Below the pieces are notes generated by a model. That model had not been told where the DNA came from. It did no database searches and was given only the letters and a program-made list of their open reading frames with translations. Below, piece by piece: positions 20,420 to 32,610 of a stretch of DNA of 64,000 bases. The DNA lies in NCBI GenBank assembly GCA_964036045.1, contig OZ038378.1:16554001-16618000 (forward strand). Reading direction: 5' to 3'. Numbering within the stretch: position 1 is the stretch's first letter; every line of letters begins with the position of its first letter. Made by a program: the position numbers and the translations under genes. Origin of the DNA: Eutreptiella sp. 'Long Island Sound 2002'. Lineage: Eukaryota; Protista; Euglenida.

Positions 20420-21445
20420 TGTTTGAAGAGACACTAAACCGAATAGACGAAAGCACGGTACAATGGTGCAACACCATGGCACGGGAATCAATTCAGGTTG
20501 CTATGATGAGGGCCTATATTGCTGGTCAATGTGCTGCAATTCTTTTCTTTTGATCAGGAATGACTTATTGAGGTGTAGATCTGTGGGGCATATATTTCAA
20601 CCCGTGACAAACAAATAAAGGCGGTTGTTGCATGAAACTGTTATGCATCCGTCACATGGAAATCGTTTTCAGGCTTGAGGCATTCCAACAACAGTTGTAA
20701 AATGAATAAATAATCCCCGTATGCCGGATGATCTTGATAGGCATTCGGATCACACCAGTTCGGAAGGCCGGATAATCGGGCAGCCGATGCACTCACCGCC
20801 GAAATCTACAACACAATTGATGTGGGGGGATAGTACGTAGGATCACATATTGCATGGAACAAATGTGCTATGTTTACGCGCGGTTATATCCGTGGTTTTT
20901 CATGGTGTTGGTCGGACCTACTTAGGTGTGTTTTTAGGAACGTGTCGTCACAAAAAAACTTTGCGTTAACGTACCGAGTAATGACATCACCTCATACCTC
21001 ATAGGTCCCTTGAAGTTTTTGTGCCCTCAATGCATTGGCTTCGGCCACGACGACATCAGCAAAAACCAAAAAGAGAAAGAACATTTTTCCAAGTTACTGC
21101 AGAAAAAAAGCAAAAAATTGTGCGACAAAATTCCGCTTGCGAAATCTCATAGGTTCAACCTGTCAAGGTGAATGTCGACACCGAAGGCTTGTCATTGCTG
21201 ATTGTAGAGTGGCTTTCCTTTTTACAGGCATGTGAACAAAGAGTGCTGGAATGTTCGCTTTATTTGAAAACAATGTACTATAGTTTTTGGCGACTCAGAT
21301 GGGCTTCTCCTGACTATTTCCTGGTTCCTAGAAAGGTCTATGCCCCATCAATAAAATACCCAATGGGATTGGACATTTAAGAACGGGATGAATGGTACGC
21401 AAAAGAAAAAACCCTCCGACACGGCAAAAGACACACGTACCCATA

Positions 21446-21830
21446 TGATCGCTCCGTTGTACTCAAAATGTACTGCAAGGTAACCAACCTCCATTTTGCA
21501 ATCCTCAACCCACCCGCGGCTCAGTGTCCTCTTCAAGGAGCCGCATGCCACTGGCTATAGTGGTTGGTGATCTGGAACGTTGGCCTTGTGTCATATGTTG
21601 GGTCCACTTCAAGTTGATGATTTAGAATCTTTCATCACCCTTTCCTCTCACCAAGTGATTTGCAATTTATCGTCGAGCAATTAGGCACGGGAAAAGCTCT
21701 CTTCCGAACACAATGCGATGTTGAAGAGGCAAGTGTGAAACGTAGAGTATGGGAGAGGGGTGTAGGTTGAGGATTGCAAAATGGAGGTTGGTTACCGTGC
21801 AGTACATTCTGAGTACAACATAGCAATCAC
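21446..21830. mobile_element. MITE-like element with ~55-65-bp terminal inverted repeats
   Basis: GTTGTACTCAAAATGTACTGCAAGGTAACCAACCTCCATTTTGCAATCCTCAACC (21456-21510) is the near-perfect reverse complement of 21766-21820. Confidence 0.65.
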
Positions 21831-21911
21831 GTGGCTATCATCATCAGACTCATCATATCCATCGTCCTCTCTCAGCTGTTTCATCTGCCTGCTCAGCTTT
21901 TTGACAGCTGC

Positions 21912-22955
21912 CTAGCTGGATCTATTGGTTGTTGACGGCTCCTCACTTTTGTCCCGCTGCTGTCCCGCCACGGGCTGCTCCGGCACGTTGGACTGTACCA
22001 ATGGTCCAGCCGTTGTTGCCTTCGTCGTTACCGGGATGGAGGCCCGCGCTACACGTATTTGCCTCACTAGCCTTGTGATCCCCTTTTCAATGTCATCCAT
22101 AGGCTGCATGGAGCTCTGGTGCTGTAGAAGATCTTCACAGGCTTGTAAGGCTTTGTCGTGCTCCGAGGCTAGCAATTGCAGCAGTGGATACGGCCAGTCC
22201 CCAGGGCTGACCGCTTCCCACAGGTCCATGACAGCGACATGAGTGATGGCGTATTCCGCGTTCGTCAGCGGGTGCAAGGCAAGGAGGACACTCAACAGCG
22301 TGTTAGATCTCTTTTGCACAGCCACGGGGCGGGTATGTGTCACCACTGCCGATGATCCCACAGGGCTATCCGTCTGTTCTCCTGGGCGTTCACGCGACTG
22401 GTCTCGCGAGGATCCTCAGTCCGTCGCTTGCACTCCACAGCTGGACAGCACCCGCAGCACATGGGGTTGCCACCCTCCCATTGCGTAGGCCCTGGAGTCA
22501 AATTCCTTGTCAACTTGCTGCCCGACGATATGCTTGCTTCCCTGCTCTGCCGCTTTGACGACCTTGAACATGATCTCCAGCATGGTGGCCGCGGGCAAGC
22601 CTTGCACTGCACGGAGGTCACGGCGGGATTTGACTGCATAGGATTGGAGGGCTGCTTCAATGGCTGCGTCAGAACACGCATCCACAGCGGTGGCATAGGA
22701 CCTTACTGTGGCATGTGGGAGATGTACTGCCACTGTTGCCCTCACGGCCTCAGGCGTCAGGTCACCACTCAGCATGTATAGGGCCAGTAGTCTAGCTGGC
22801 ACGCTTCCCCCGTCGCACAGCATGGCGAGCTCAGCAGAAGCTCCCACACCATGGGCGTCTTTCCACTCGATCATCACCTTCCCCTCGCGTTCAGAGACCG
22901 CCTCCCAGGAAGCAAACGCCGCCAGTGTTGGCAGCTTAGTTGCGGTTGCGGGCAT
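21912..22955 (-). pseudogene. Decayed gag/ORF1-like hypothetical protein (~340 aa, one in-frame stop)
   Basis: ORFs 22416-22955 and 21912-22361 are in the same frame, separated by a single TGA. The protein is Ala-rich and helical with an acidic tail. No diagnostic domain was seen. Confidence 0.4.
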
Positions 22956-23164
22956 GGTGATCTGGGGGAATATGGGGGCAAGCCACTAAGAAGGGGTGCA
23001 TCCTCAGGTTTGAGGGAATTATACCCCGTGGGGCATCCTTCAGTTGGAGGGAATTATTCCTAGCGCGATCCGTGCGGGCGCACTAGACCTGTATATGCAT
23101 CCACAGTCCCACTGCTCAGAGCACCCAGCATCTTTATTCACACATGCTCATATACGGCAAACCC

Positions 23165-23664
23165 CCACTGGCATCACAGGCTGCAGCAACAAGTTGGTCC
23201 CCGAGGGTCTGTTAGTGTCCATCGGGTGCCGCACGTTCACACAGCGCAGGTTTGGCTGACATGTGTGTACACCTGCTGAAGTCCGCGGGTCATGCAGGCT
23301 TGGCTGCCATGTGTGCACACCTGCTGAGTCCCATGTGCCACGTGGGCAAGTTAGTCCCCCGACGTTTAACCAACTGCCCCCGGGTGCCGCTTAGCTGATC
23401 ACCGTAGGTGCATGCAGTTCTACTCAGCTAATGTAACCACTGGCATCACAGGCTCCAGCGACAAGTTGGTCCCCCGAGGGCCTGTCAGTGTCCACCGGGT
23501 GCCGCGCGTTCAAGCGGGGCAGGTTTGGCTGCCATGTGTGCACACCTGCCTAATCCCAGCGGCCACGTGGGCAAGTTAGTCCCCCAATGGTCAACGGACT
23601 GCCCCCGGGTGCTGCCGAGCTGATCGCCGTGGGTGCTTGCAGTTCTATTTAGCTAAGGTAACCA
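23165..23664. repeat. Diverged tandem duplication (~270 bp + ~228 bp)
   Basis: CCACTGGCATCACAGGCT...AAGTTGGTCCCCCGAGGG...GCAAGTTAGTCCCCC...CAGTTCTA..TAGCTAA.GTAACC starts at 23165 and again at 23437. Confidence 0.9.
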
Positions 23665-24241
23665 TTTTTATAGGGCCGCAGACACACACTGGTACGCCCA
23701 AACACGCTCTGGGATGATTGGCAGAGACTGGCAAGATCTCACCTCCTTCATTGGGCAAGCGATGGCGCACAGGGCACCAAAGCCCAGCTGGAGGGGACCT
23801 CCGCCCCGCCCTAGGCTCGTTCATTTCACCTAGTCAAGGATGTTTGTAAGAGATTCTCCTTCTTACCTCGGGCTGATTGCAAGCTCTGCAGAGCTAGGAC
23901 TGACGAAACCGCGCCATACCACAGGTCCACACGCCGCAGGGCCATTTAACAGATCAAGCCTCTGCTCCCAGGGCAGCGGTGGCCCGTGGAAACACCCAAG
24001 GCACACCCTACAACAGGCTGCAGCTCAATAGACACCAAGTCCAGAGCCGCCGCCCGTCGTATTGAGATGCGAGGGGGTTCACACACGTACCACCGAGCAG
24101 CCATCAGCCCTGCCAGCGCGAGACTCTGTTTGTGTTTCTTTCTGTTTCTGTTTTTTTTGTTGATTGGGTTGATCGGATTTCACCTGTAGTGAGGGGGTGC
24201 ACCAGATGCTGGCAGATGGGGCACGGGTATCTGACGGAGGA

Positions 24242-24538
24242 GTGGTAGTGGTAGCGGTAGTGGTGGTGCTAGTGGTAGTGCTAGTGGTAGCGGTAGTGTA
24301 GTAGTGGTAGTGTAGTAGTGGTAGTGGTAGCAGTGGTAGTAGTGGTGGTAGTGGTAGTAGTGGTAGTGGTGGTAGTGGTGGTAGTAGTGGTAGTAGTGGT
24401 AGTAGTGGTAGTAGTGGTAGTAGTAGTAGTAGTGGTAGTAGTGTTAGTAGTGGTAGCAGTGGTAGTAATGGTAGTAGTGGTAGTAGTGGTAGTAGTGGTA
24501 GTAGTGATAGTAGTGGTAGTAGTGGTAGTAGTGGTAGA
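24242..24538. repeat. (GTA/GTG)n compound trinucleotide microsatellite
   Basis: Direct reading; it gives spurious poly-Val/poly-Thr ORFs. Confidence 0.95.
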
Positions 24539-26089
24539 GGTGAGACAGAGGTCAGAGGTAACGTGACGAATTCACGGCGTCACCCCACCCGCCCCCTACA
24601 CTGTTGACTCCACTGTTTTGTGTGCCACATGTTCACTTTGATTTTCTTCATCTTCTTGTGCTTGCCCCCACCCGAGATGGTGGCCCTAACAGCAAGCATG
24701 GTGCCGGGCGCCTGGGTGTACTTGTGCATGTCAGCCTCAACAAACCAACCCCCACCTTGGTCCGAGGGTGGCTGCAGAAAAAGCTGTGGGACATGTCCCG
24801 CACTGTGACCGCCACTTGGCCCCACGGAGCTTGCTCTGACTCAAGCCGTGTTACCGGCAACACCGCACCCAGCGGTGGCCCATATCTGGCGTAGGGTGTC
24901 GAACTCCCACTCATCCAACGACATGTAGCCACGGGGATCACTCGACACACCCACACGTAGCACGTTCCATTTTGACAACTCCCCTTCACTTAGACATTTT
25001 GTCTACCAACGATAGGAGCGGACACCATCCTTGTCTTCTTGCCGGTGCTTCTTCATCCAAATGCAGCATGCCCGCCGGAAGACGTATTTCAGCAACTGCC
25101 ACTCAGGTGTGTCCGGTGCCAAAGTGGTGGTTGGGTTGCAGATGTCGTGGGCAACCACTTCCTCCTTCAACGGGAACTCTTTGCCAAGGTGTTGAGCGGG
25201 AGGCGATGCTTGCGGTGCTGACGCGTCCGGTGGACTAGCGGCTCGTCCGGTCCCCAGTGCCCTTAGGCAGTCCTGCACGGCCTTCCCCTAAGAGTCCTTG
25301 TCCATGATACACAGGGACCTGTGCGAGTCAGGGGTGAAACCCTGAGGAAGGCGGGTAAACCACAAGGATGAAATGCCTGAACCGCGGTTGGAACACAGTT
25401 GAACTACACACCTCCTAATTGTCCACTTCCAATTGAGCGTGCACTACCTCCTCATCTTCGCATCGCCGCCGGCCGTGCCATCAAGGGATCTCTTTGTAGA
25501 GGAAGGTGCGCTCGTGTGCGTGTTGCAGCATCGCCTCATCCTTTTCTCCTTCGTAGCCCGACGACCACCCCCACGGGAACTTGTGGTGAGACACAGTTAA
25601 GTGACTCAACAATGTCACCACAGAACATGGCCTTGCCCCATGGCTGCAAGTTCCCCAAAACAGTGGGCGCTTCCGTCCGGAGCCAAAGCTGGTAGGCTGT
25701 TCACATTATCGATGGTTTGAGTGTCACCCTCACTATGGGGAATCCGCACTTGGTAGACAGAATCCAAATGGACTTCACCCTCGGAGGAACATGAGACTTT
25801 TGGGGGTGGCTTGCTTCATATCCCACCAGCATTTCTTGCCATCTAAATTGGCGTTGTAGGGTCACATCTTTTTGTTGATGCAAGACATGGAATGTTACAA
25901 TTGCACGTCGCATTTTTGTGGCACAATTCATTTTTTTTGCCATAAATGTCGAAACCGCTTGATAGCGCCACTAGGGATTTGGAGTTATGCGTACAACCCG
26001 TCCATGTCACAACGCGTACTTGTGCACAATGTTGTTTTTCAACACAAGAAAAGAAGATGTCTTGCACCTTTGGTACGTTGTTGTCCAAG

Positions 26090-27050
26090 CTTGTGTAAGA
26101 TGGCAGCGAGTGATCTTGCGCAGCTAGTGGTCAAAGGGTCCCAATGGGCCGTGGTGTTGAGCAGTGGCAAGTTCCAGATGTCGCCCATAGCTCACCATGT
26201 GGCAAGGAAATTTATGTGTGATGAATATTGTGAAGCCGAATTCACTTTGCCAAGTTTAATCGCCGTTTTCAATATTTGCATGGTTGCTTTCCTTCGTCAT
26301 CATCGCATTTGAACTTTAGTATGCTCTTGCACCGCAGGGTCCTATGTTACAATGACCATGCGATGTTTGACACGATGCTTCACTCAATGGTGCAATTTTG
26401 CTTGGGAATATGTGGTGTCCCCAGTCATGTGTACATAGTGGTGTTTTCAAGCTCGAGGAGGAGGTGGAGATATGCTCTCTTGGAGGAAACAGCCGTGTTG
26501 CGTTGGTCACAGCTTCAGTAATCTACACCCGGGCAGCCAATCCTCGGCCCTCCGTGTGGAGGAGCGTCCATGTGAGGCGCTATGTTGGACCAACAGCTGG
26601 TAGGGTGGGAAGGGAAGATGGAGGGGGAGCACCGGCGCTTATGGCTCTCATCACTCCCTCACTCCTCCCCTTGCATGATACCCTCTGGTTCCACGCGGAT
26701 TTCCCCGGAGCACATGCGTTGCGCAAAAATGTTGCTCTTGTCTCGGTGATGGGGTAAGAGGCCACTTGGGCCACATCCAGCCTGGCCGTGGGAGGGGCTT
26801 GCGGCTAGTGGTAGAGGATTTGTTGTGTTAGGCCGTCCAATTTAGGCCACCCCGGGATGATCTTGCCCAAAGGCGCACATTGAACCCGCACGCCGCTTTG
26901 CAGAAGGTCAGCTGCAATGTCCACCTTCGCCGGCACGTGCACATGCAGTCGGTGCAGTTGGTGTGCCACCTCGCGCTATTGTGCATGTGTTATCGTATTC
27001 ATATGCACAAGCATGGCTTGGAGCGCTTGTCGCACGCCCCCCCCCCCCCC
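26090..27050 (+). mobile_element. Possible highly decayed MULE/Mutator-like transposase
   Basis: Fragments include HADFPGAHALRKNV (FP.A.H..C..H-like) and the SWIM-like GTCTCSRCSWCATSRYCAC, with many stops. Confidence 0.3.
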
Positions 27051-27329
27051 CCGGTGTTCACAGGCAATGTGCTCGCCACGATGTAGCTACCCCGGACCTA
27101 GTCCCTCTCGCATATGGGGCCCCCACTCATGGCAATACCTAGGTGACCGGCCACTGCGGCCCGCTGGTTCTCCTCCGGTGGCCGAGTTGAGCCCGTCAAG
27201 TGGCCCCCCATCCAAAAAAAAACCTGCAAAGTCCTCAAATGGCCAAATGAATTTAGCTTTCGAAAAATATGTAGGAGTGGACATTAATCTTTCCTTTTGC
27301 GCATGAATGTTTTGAACCATAAAGCTTTG

Positions 27330-28350
27330 GTATCACCCCGGCAGGGTTTTTCTATCAACGTCAATGACATAGAGCGTACGAGGTGAAATGAGGTCATAAG
27401 TATCCCGAAGGCTTCCCGCGGCCCGGTTTAGTAACACCACCTTCCAACTACATCATAGATGAGCATTGCATCTAGATGGGTGGTTGATCTCAACCTCAAC
27501 AGGGTGGTCGATCTCAACCTCAGAAACTCAAGCTAACAAAGATTGAGAGCAGCACAAGGACAACTAGCACTAAGCCAATCAAAAACCAGGATTCCAATCA
27601 GGACATAATATGAGGTATGCAAACAGGGGCGGGCATTTAATGCAAAGACACATCTGATAGGGACCGAAGGATGATAGAGGCATGCCGACAGGCTGACATG
27701 GGCTCGCAGGTCACCTCAGACAGCCCGTAGCCATCCCACAGGGTAAGGAATTCCGCGCCCTGTTTATACTCGTGGCGTGCAATACCTGCAACTACGTGGT
27801 AGCCATGGACTGCCATCTCATGGGCAGTCATCTCCTCGAGTTCGTCTGCCTCCTCGGGGGTGGCAGCATTCTCCAGGTCGATACGCTCGACCTCTTTGTC
27901 AGTGAGGCGCCACTCATCCCAGGATAGGTTGTCAGGAGAGTGGTAGTGTCTCAACCGTTTGGGGGCACACAGCAGCTCTCCACCTAGGCGGGGGCTGCAC
28001 CTCACATGGATCCTAGATCCATTTATCTTCATAATACGATAGGGCCCAAAGAAAGGGTCCTACAAACAGTTGCAGGGCCATGAGGGCAACCGCGAGTGGG
28101 TCACCAGCTCTAGGTCTCCTACCTTGAAACTGGCAGGACGCCTCAAGCGGTTACGCTTATTCAACCCACGTTCACGAACGTGTTTCAGGTTAGCTCTGGC
28201 TATGTTGGCCAGGTAGTGCTTGTGTTCCAGCCAATCCCCTACGGGCCTGTTGTAGTCCTCAGGAAAGGGGGTTTTCAAAAACCACGCAAGACGCCCCCCA
28301 TGGAACAGGCCGTGGGGGGTATATCCGTGGCATGCTCATAGCTGAGATGC
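27330..28350 (-). mobile_element. Ty3/gypsy chromovirus relic: integrase C-terminus, chromodomain, PPT and start of 3' LTR
   Basis: GYTPHGLFHGG..., FKVGDLELV...FFGPYRI (GPY/F motif) and the chromodomain YHVVAGIARH...FLTLWDGYGLSEVTCEP. On the minus strand a purine tract GTTGGAAGGTGG (27437-27448) is followed by TGTTAC. Confidence 0.8.
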
Positions 28351-29720
28351 AGGTGGCTACACAAATTTACCACTGATTGTGTAAACAATGTCAGCTACTT
28401 TGCACTTGGCTCACACCGCCTTGCACTCCCTTCTTCCCTTCTCTGCCGTGGTGCTTGCCAAAGGGTATGGCTAATTGCTCGTATTTCTAAGGAGCTCTCG
28501 TACCAAAACTGCTTCCCCTATCCCATGACGATCCCATGATTTTTCACAAAAGACACACTTTCACCCACGATACTGTCCCCGATACATGTCTCCCTAGTGC
28601 TAGGTGTGTTCTACTTGCTTTCTGTTGTCGGCCTGTGGTCCACACCCTTCGCCTTCTTCAAATTATAGGTATTCCGAGGGAAAATAGGTCTAACCGGCAT
28701 GCCCCTTTCTCTAAACTCTAATGTTATCTGCGCTCCTGCAAGATTTCACTGTTCTGCCCGACTACATACTCTGGCATACACACCATGACGACCCTTTGCA
28801 CCCAAGAACCTTTAATGGAGATGACAAAATGTTTGGTTCCCTTTTTTGTTTTTGCCGAACCACCAACCGTGCCCTAAACTAGAACATCAATGTGGGCAAG
28901 CGTGGCGGCGCGGCTAACCTTTGGGGTGCTAGAAGGAAAGAGTTACATGCGGCGTGCTGTGGTTAGACAAGCGCACTCACAACAACCCGGGTTTTATGCA
29001 AAATGGAATGAATCTTATTCGATTCATGGCGTTTTCCATAGCTTTCTGATGGTTTGTGTTGTTGCCGGTGGTTAGTATACAACAATTCACGACATACACC
29101 ATCTAGGACCATGCAACCTTCAAGTTGTGCCCCATGGACCACAATGTTTCCTTTGCCTCTTTTCTTGCCCCGTGTTGTGCTCCAAGGTACCACGATGAAT
29201 TGGCACATACCAACAACTGCTTCTCTTGTCCCTTGCACACAATGTCTAACGCCGGGCCCGACGGTACCACACGCCTGCAAGAGCTGCAACATGAATGCAG
29301 GGCCCCCGGATGTGCGGAGCCTCCGGAATGGTAGAGCACCCGTCCGGTTGTGCGCGGACCATGTTCCACTCGGGGGGGGGGGGTCCAACCGTTTGTCCTT
29401 GTTATTGTGCCGACACATGCATGGCCCAGCAACTAGTTGGTAAGTAAGCTATGCCCCATGCACATGCTTCTCTCAGGAGGACAAGGCCGAAAGGCATTTT
29501 TAATCTGTCGCAAAAGTTGCCTTTTCTTCCTCTTTGCCCCCCCCCTCCCCCCCCTAAGTGCTGCGGCTCGGCAATGAGCAATGCGTCCCTATCCCCCCTG
29601 AGTGGTTGTTGGAGTGGGAGGTCCCCGAGCTACAGGCCGTGGGGGATGCCCCTCCCTCCCTTGAGATAGCAACGCGGAGAAACCCCTATACCAGTTCTTC
29701 ATCTTGCAACCACACATCTA

Positions 29721-29955
29721 TGGCCTTGGGTGGCCTAGATAGCAGTGTTTGACAGCCTTGGAAGCACCGCATTCCACGAGGCAATGAATTTGCCATTGAA
29801 AGTACGGGTTTCTATGGCCTCTGGGGCCTAGATAAAAGTGTTTCAGCCTTGGAAGCACCACATTCCACACGGCAGTGAATTGGTGACTGAAATTACGGTT
29901 TTTACTAGCCTTGGGGGACCTAGATAGCAGTGTTTGATAGCCTGGGAAGCACCCC
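29721..29955. repeat. Tandem repeat, ~2.5 x ~95 bp
   Basis: GGCC..GG..CCTAGATA.CAGTGTTT.A.AGCCT.GGAAGCACC is seen three times. Confidence 0.85.
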
Positions 29956-30299
29956 AATGCATATCTTTTCATTTCTTGTGCTCTTCGTCACCCCTTGTAG
30001 CCTACTGACTGGCTCATCCCTACTTTGTTTCTTCTTGCTGTTCCATACCCTGCTCATTCCTTGTTCCTGCTTCCTCGCACCGCACTTGCACGTGATTTGC
30101 TACCATTTTTGTTTTTGAGGCAGCTGTTAGCTTTGACCGATGAGCGATGGAGTTGCGACCACTTGTGCCGTGCGCATGCGTCAGGTGGGGCATCCTGTTG
30201 TTGTTCCTGTGAACTGTCTCGCATGGAAGATGCGCAATCTCTGCGCAATCTCTGCTCTGTCTGTCTTGCCTGGCTAATATAGCGTGGGCACTTCGTCGG

Positions 30300-31620
30300 A
30301 GTCACTGCCTCGCCCCGTTGCTGTGTTGACTGCCTGATGTGGAAGATGTTGAGTCGCCAACCTGTGTCGCTCTCTTCCGGTACATTTCATGTCCTTCTAT
30401 ACCGCGGGGCACTGCGCGGTCCGCACGCACATGCGGCCCAGCTCAGCACTGGGAACCCCCCACGACCTGCAGCACTGCCAAACGCTTGGTTTGCCCCCCC
30501 ATGGGCACGTATGGGGCGGCGGTGTGAGTGTGGTCCTCATTGTCTCGCACACGACGGATGGCGGCTGCAAGCAACTGGACGGCCCCTGGCATGTCCCCCT
30601 CGCCCTTCTTCGGCCACTTCTGCTGGTCCTGGCCGCTCTCTTCCCATTGCACTCCCTTCTCCTTCTCACGCAGCTTTTGCACGTCGTCCCGCAGCCGATG
30701 ACCATTGGTGCGCACCTGCCCGCTGAGTTGGTCGGCTCCTCGGCCTCGCTCACCTTCCCGGCGTATGTCCTCCACCTGATGCGCTTCTCCGTTTCGGCGT
30801 GGGTCTTCCACCGGGCTGCGGCGGTCTCCTCGCTGCTGCTCTTCTCCTCGATGCTCGTGTCGTCGCAGCTCTGCCCGCGCCGGCTTGTCCCGTGCTGCTC
30901 GCGTCTTCTGGACGTCCAACACACTCAACAGTAGCGCCTCTTGCACGAGCTCTTTCTTGTCATCCGCCACTTCATCGATTAGCTGCTACATCGCTTTGCG
31001 CTTGTCGGTGGCTGCGGACAACTTCCAGACGGCCGTCGCCATGCCGTAGCCCATGAGTTTGCGACCTAGAATTCCCGCCATGGCATCCTCAAAACTTCCA
31101 GCACCTCCCTGGTGTAGGATCTCCTCCACGGCTGTCGGCTGTGGTCCGCTTACCCATTTGGTGGCATCGTCACTTCGTAAAGCCCGACGTGGCGGCAACT
31201 GGGCCCGCGGCACCAAGACCCCCTTCATTAGCCGCTCCGCATGTGCCCTCCGGCGCGACCCACACTGCAGTGTGTGCACTTATAGCTGCAGACATGGGCG
31301 CCACCAGGCGCCACATGTCACCCACCGCCGCTTTGGCCACAACCACAACGACTCCCACTTGATCCCGTAGCGCTAAGTCCACCCGCGTCTGGAGCACCGT
31401 CACGTCCCGCAGCCCAGTTGCTGGACCACGCGGTCCTTCTGCGCGGACAACAGCTACGCCAGGGATTTTCTGCGGTGGCTACGTGATAGTTGATGTCCAT
31501 CTCAGCTAGTGCTGCCCGGGACTGCGCGTGCATCGCCTCCTCCGAGAGCTGGGAGATGGTTAGGAGACGGGCCGCCGGCTCCTGCTCCATGAAGGCTGCC
31601 AAGTCCGCGGCATGAACTTC
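30300..31620 (-). pseudogene. Decayed gag/ORF1-like charged protein of a retroelement
   Basis: Overlapping GC-rich minus ORFs (31318-31602, 30986-31279, 30443-30970) link in frame across stops: ...ATDKRKAM*QLIDEVADDKKELVQEALL.... Confidence 0.4.
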
Positions 31621-31929
31621 TCTTCCTTGATCTCTCTAGCGTAGATCTTTCCCGCAGATGTCGACCAAGGCTCTGCACGCCTGCAGCCCCCACTTGCGGG
31701 GTGCATTGGGTCCACCGTGTCCCTTCTGTACACGCACCAAGGCCAGGGGACCCATCTTGTTGTAGAGCCCCGTGCTGTATTCATTCACATATGCTTGTAT
31801 CATACGTCCTGGATCCTATCTCACACGACACGCACCAAAGCACGGGCAGCAGCCTACAACATTGCCACACTTATGCCCGTGTCTCATTTTACCCCCACGC
31901 GGCGTGCTCTTGTGCAAGATAACTGTCGA

Positions 31930-32610
31930 GGATGCATCTTGTGGCAGAGCCTCCCGCCTTCGCACACACTCTGCAAGCTGGGGTATTGCATGTTCTGGCA
32001 GAGCCCCTAGCCCTTGTCACTGTCACTCAGGCCCGGGGCTGCATCTTGTGGCAATTCCCCACTGGCTCCGGCACCACCTCCTTCACTGCCTGTCTCCCCG
32101 TCTCCTTTCACGGGACTCGCACTAATAGCCGGGGATGCATCTTTTGGCAGGGCCCCCACTACCACGTTTCCCACGAAGAGTGCACAGCAGCTGTGGAGGA
32201 TGCATCTTGTGGCAGAGACTCACTCCTTCGCACACATTCTGATTGGGGTATTGCATCTTATGGCAGAGCCCTTAGCCTCTCAAACCCGTGTCACTGTCAC
32301 TCGGGACCAGAGCTGCATCTGGTGGCAGTGCCCCACTGGTACCTACACCACCTCCTTTGGCGCGTCTCCTAGTTTCCCAGTTTCCTTTCACGTGACCCGC
32401 ACCAATAGCTGGGGATGCATCTTGTGGCAAAGCCCCCACTATCACCTTTCCCGCAGGAGCGTAGCACAACTTGGAGGGTGCATCTTATGGCAGAGCCTCA
32501 CACCTCCATACACGCCACGCTGGCAGGGGAATTGCATCTTATGGGCGAGCCCCCGCCACCGAATCCCGCCACCGGTCACCTGTATTGCACCTTATGGTAG
32601 AGCCTTGCAT
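31930..32610. repeat. Minisatellite with conserved core TGCATCTT(G/A)TGGCAGAGCC x11 and a 4-monomer higher-order period (~270 bp)
   Basis: Cores near 31933, 31987, 32040, 32136, 32201, 32252, 32314, 32416, 32479, 32533 and 32586. Spacers n and n+4 are homologous. Confidence 0.9.

Noticed and set aside
13340-21400. Definite NCLDV or Polinton insertion
   Set aside because: No major capsid protein, family B polymerase, A32 ATPase, primase-helicase or integrase motif was recognised. Viral origin remains only one hypothesis.
24318-24566. Poly-Val and poly-Thr ORFs (also 33194-33573, 39417-39710)
   Set aside because: Translations of GTA/GTG microsatellites.
24580-25280. Protein-like minus-strand fragments (PDTPEWQLLKYVFRRAC...)
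   Set aside because: Interrupted by stops with no recognisable motif, so no call can be supported.
31930-32610. CRISPR array
   Set aside because: Spacers are paralogous with a 4-unit period and vary from ~30 to 85 bp, no cas genes are present and the context is eukaryotic. It is a minisatellite.
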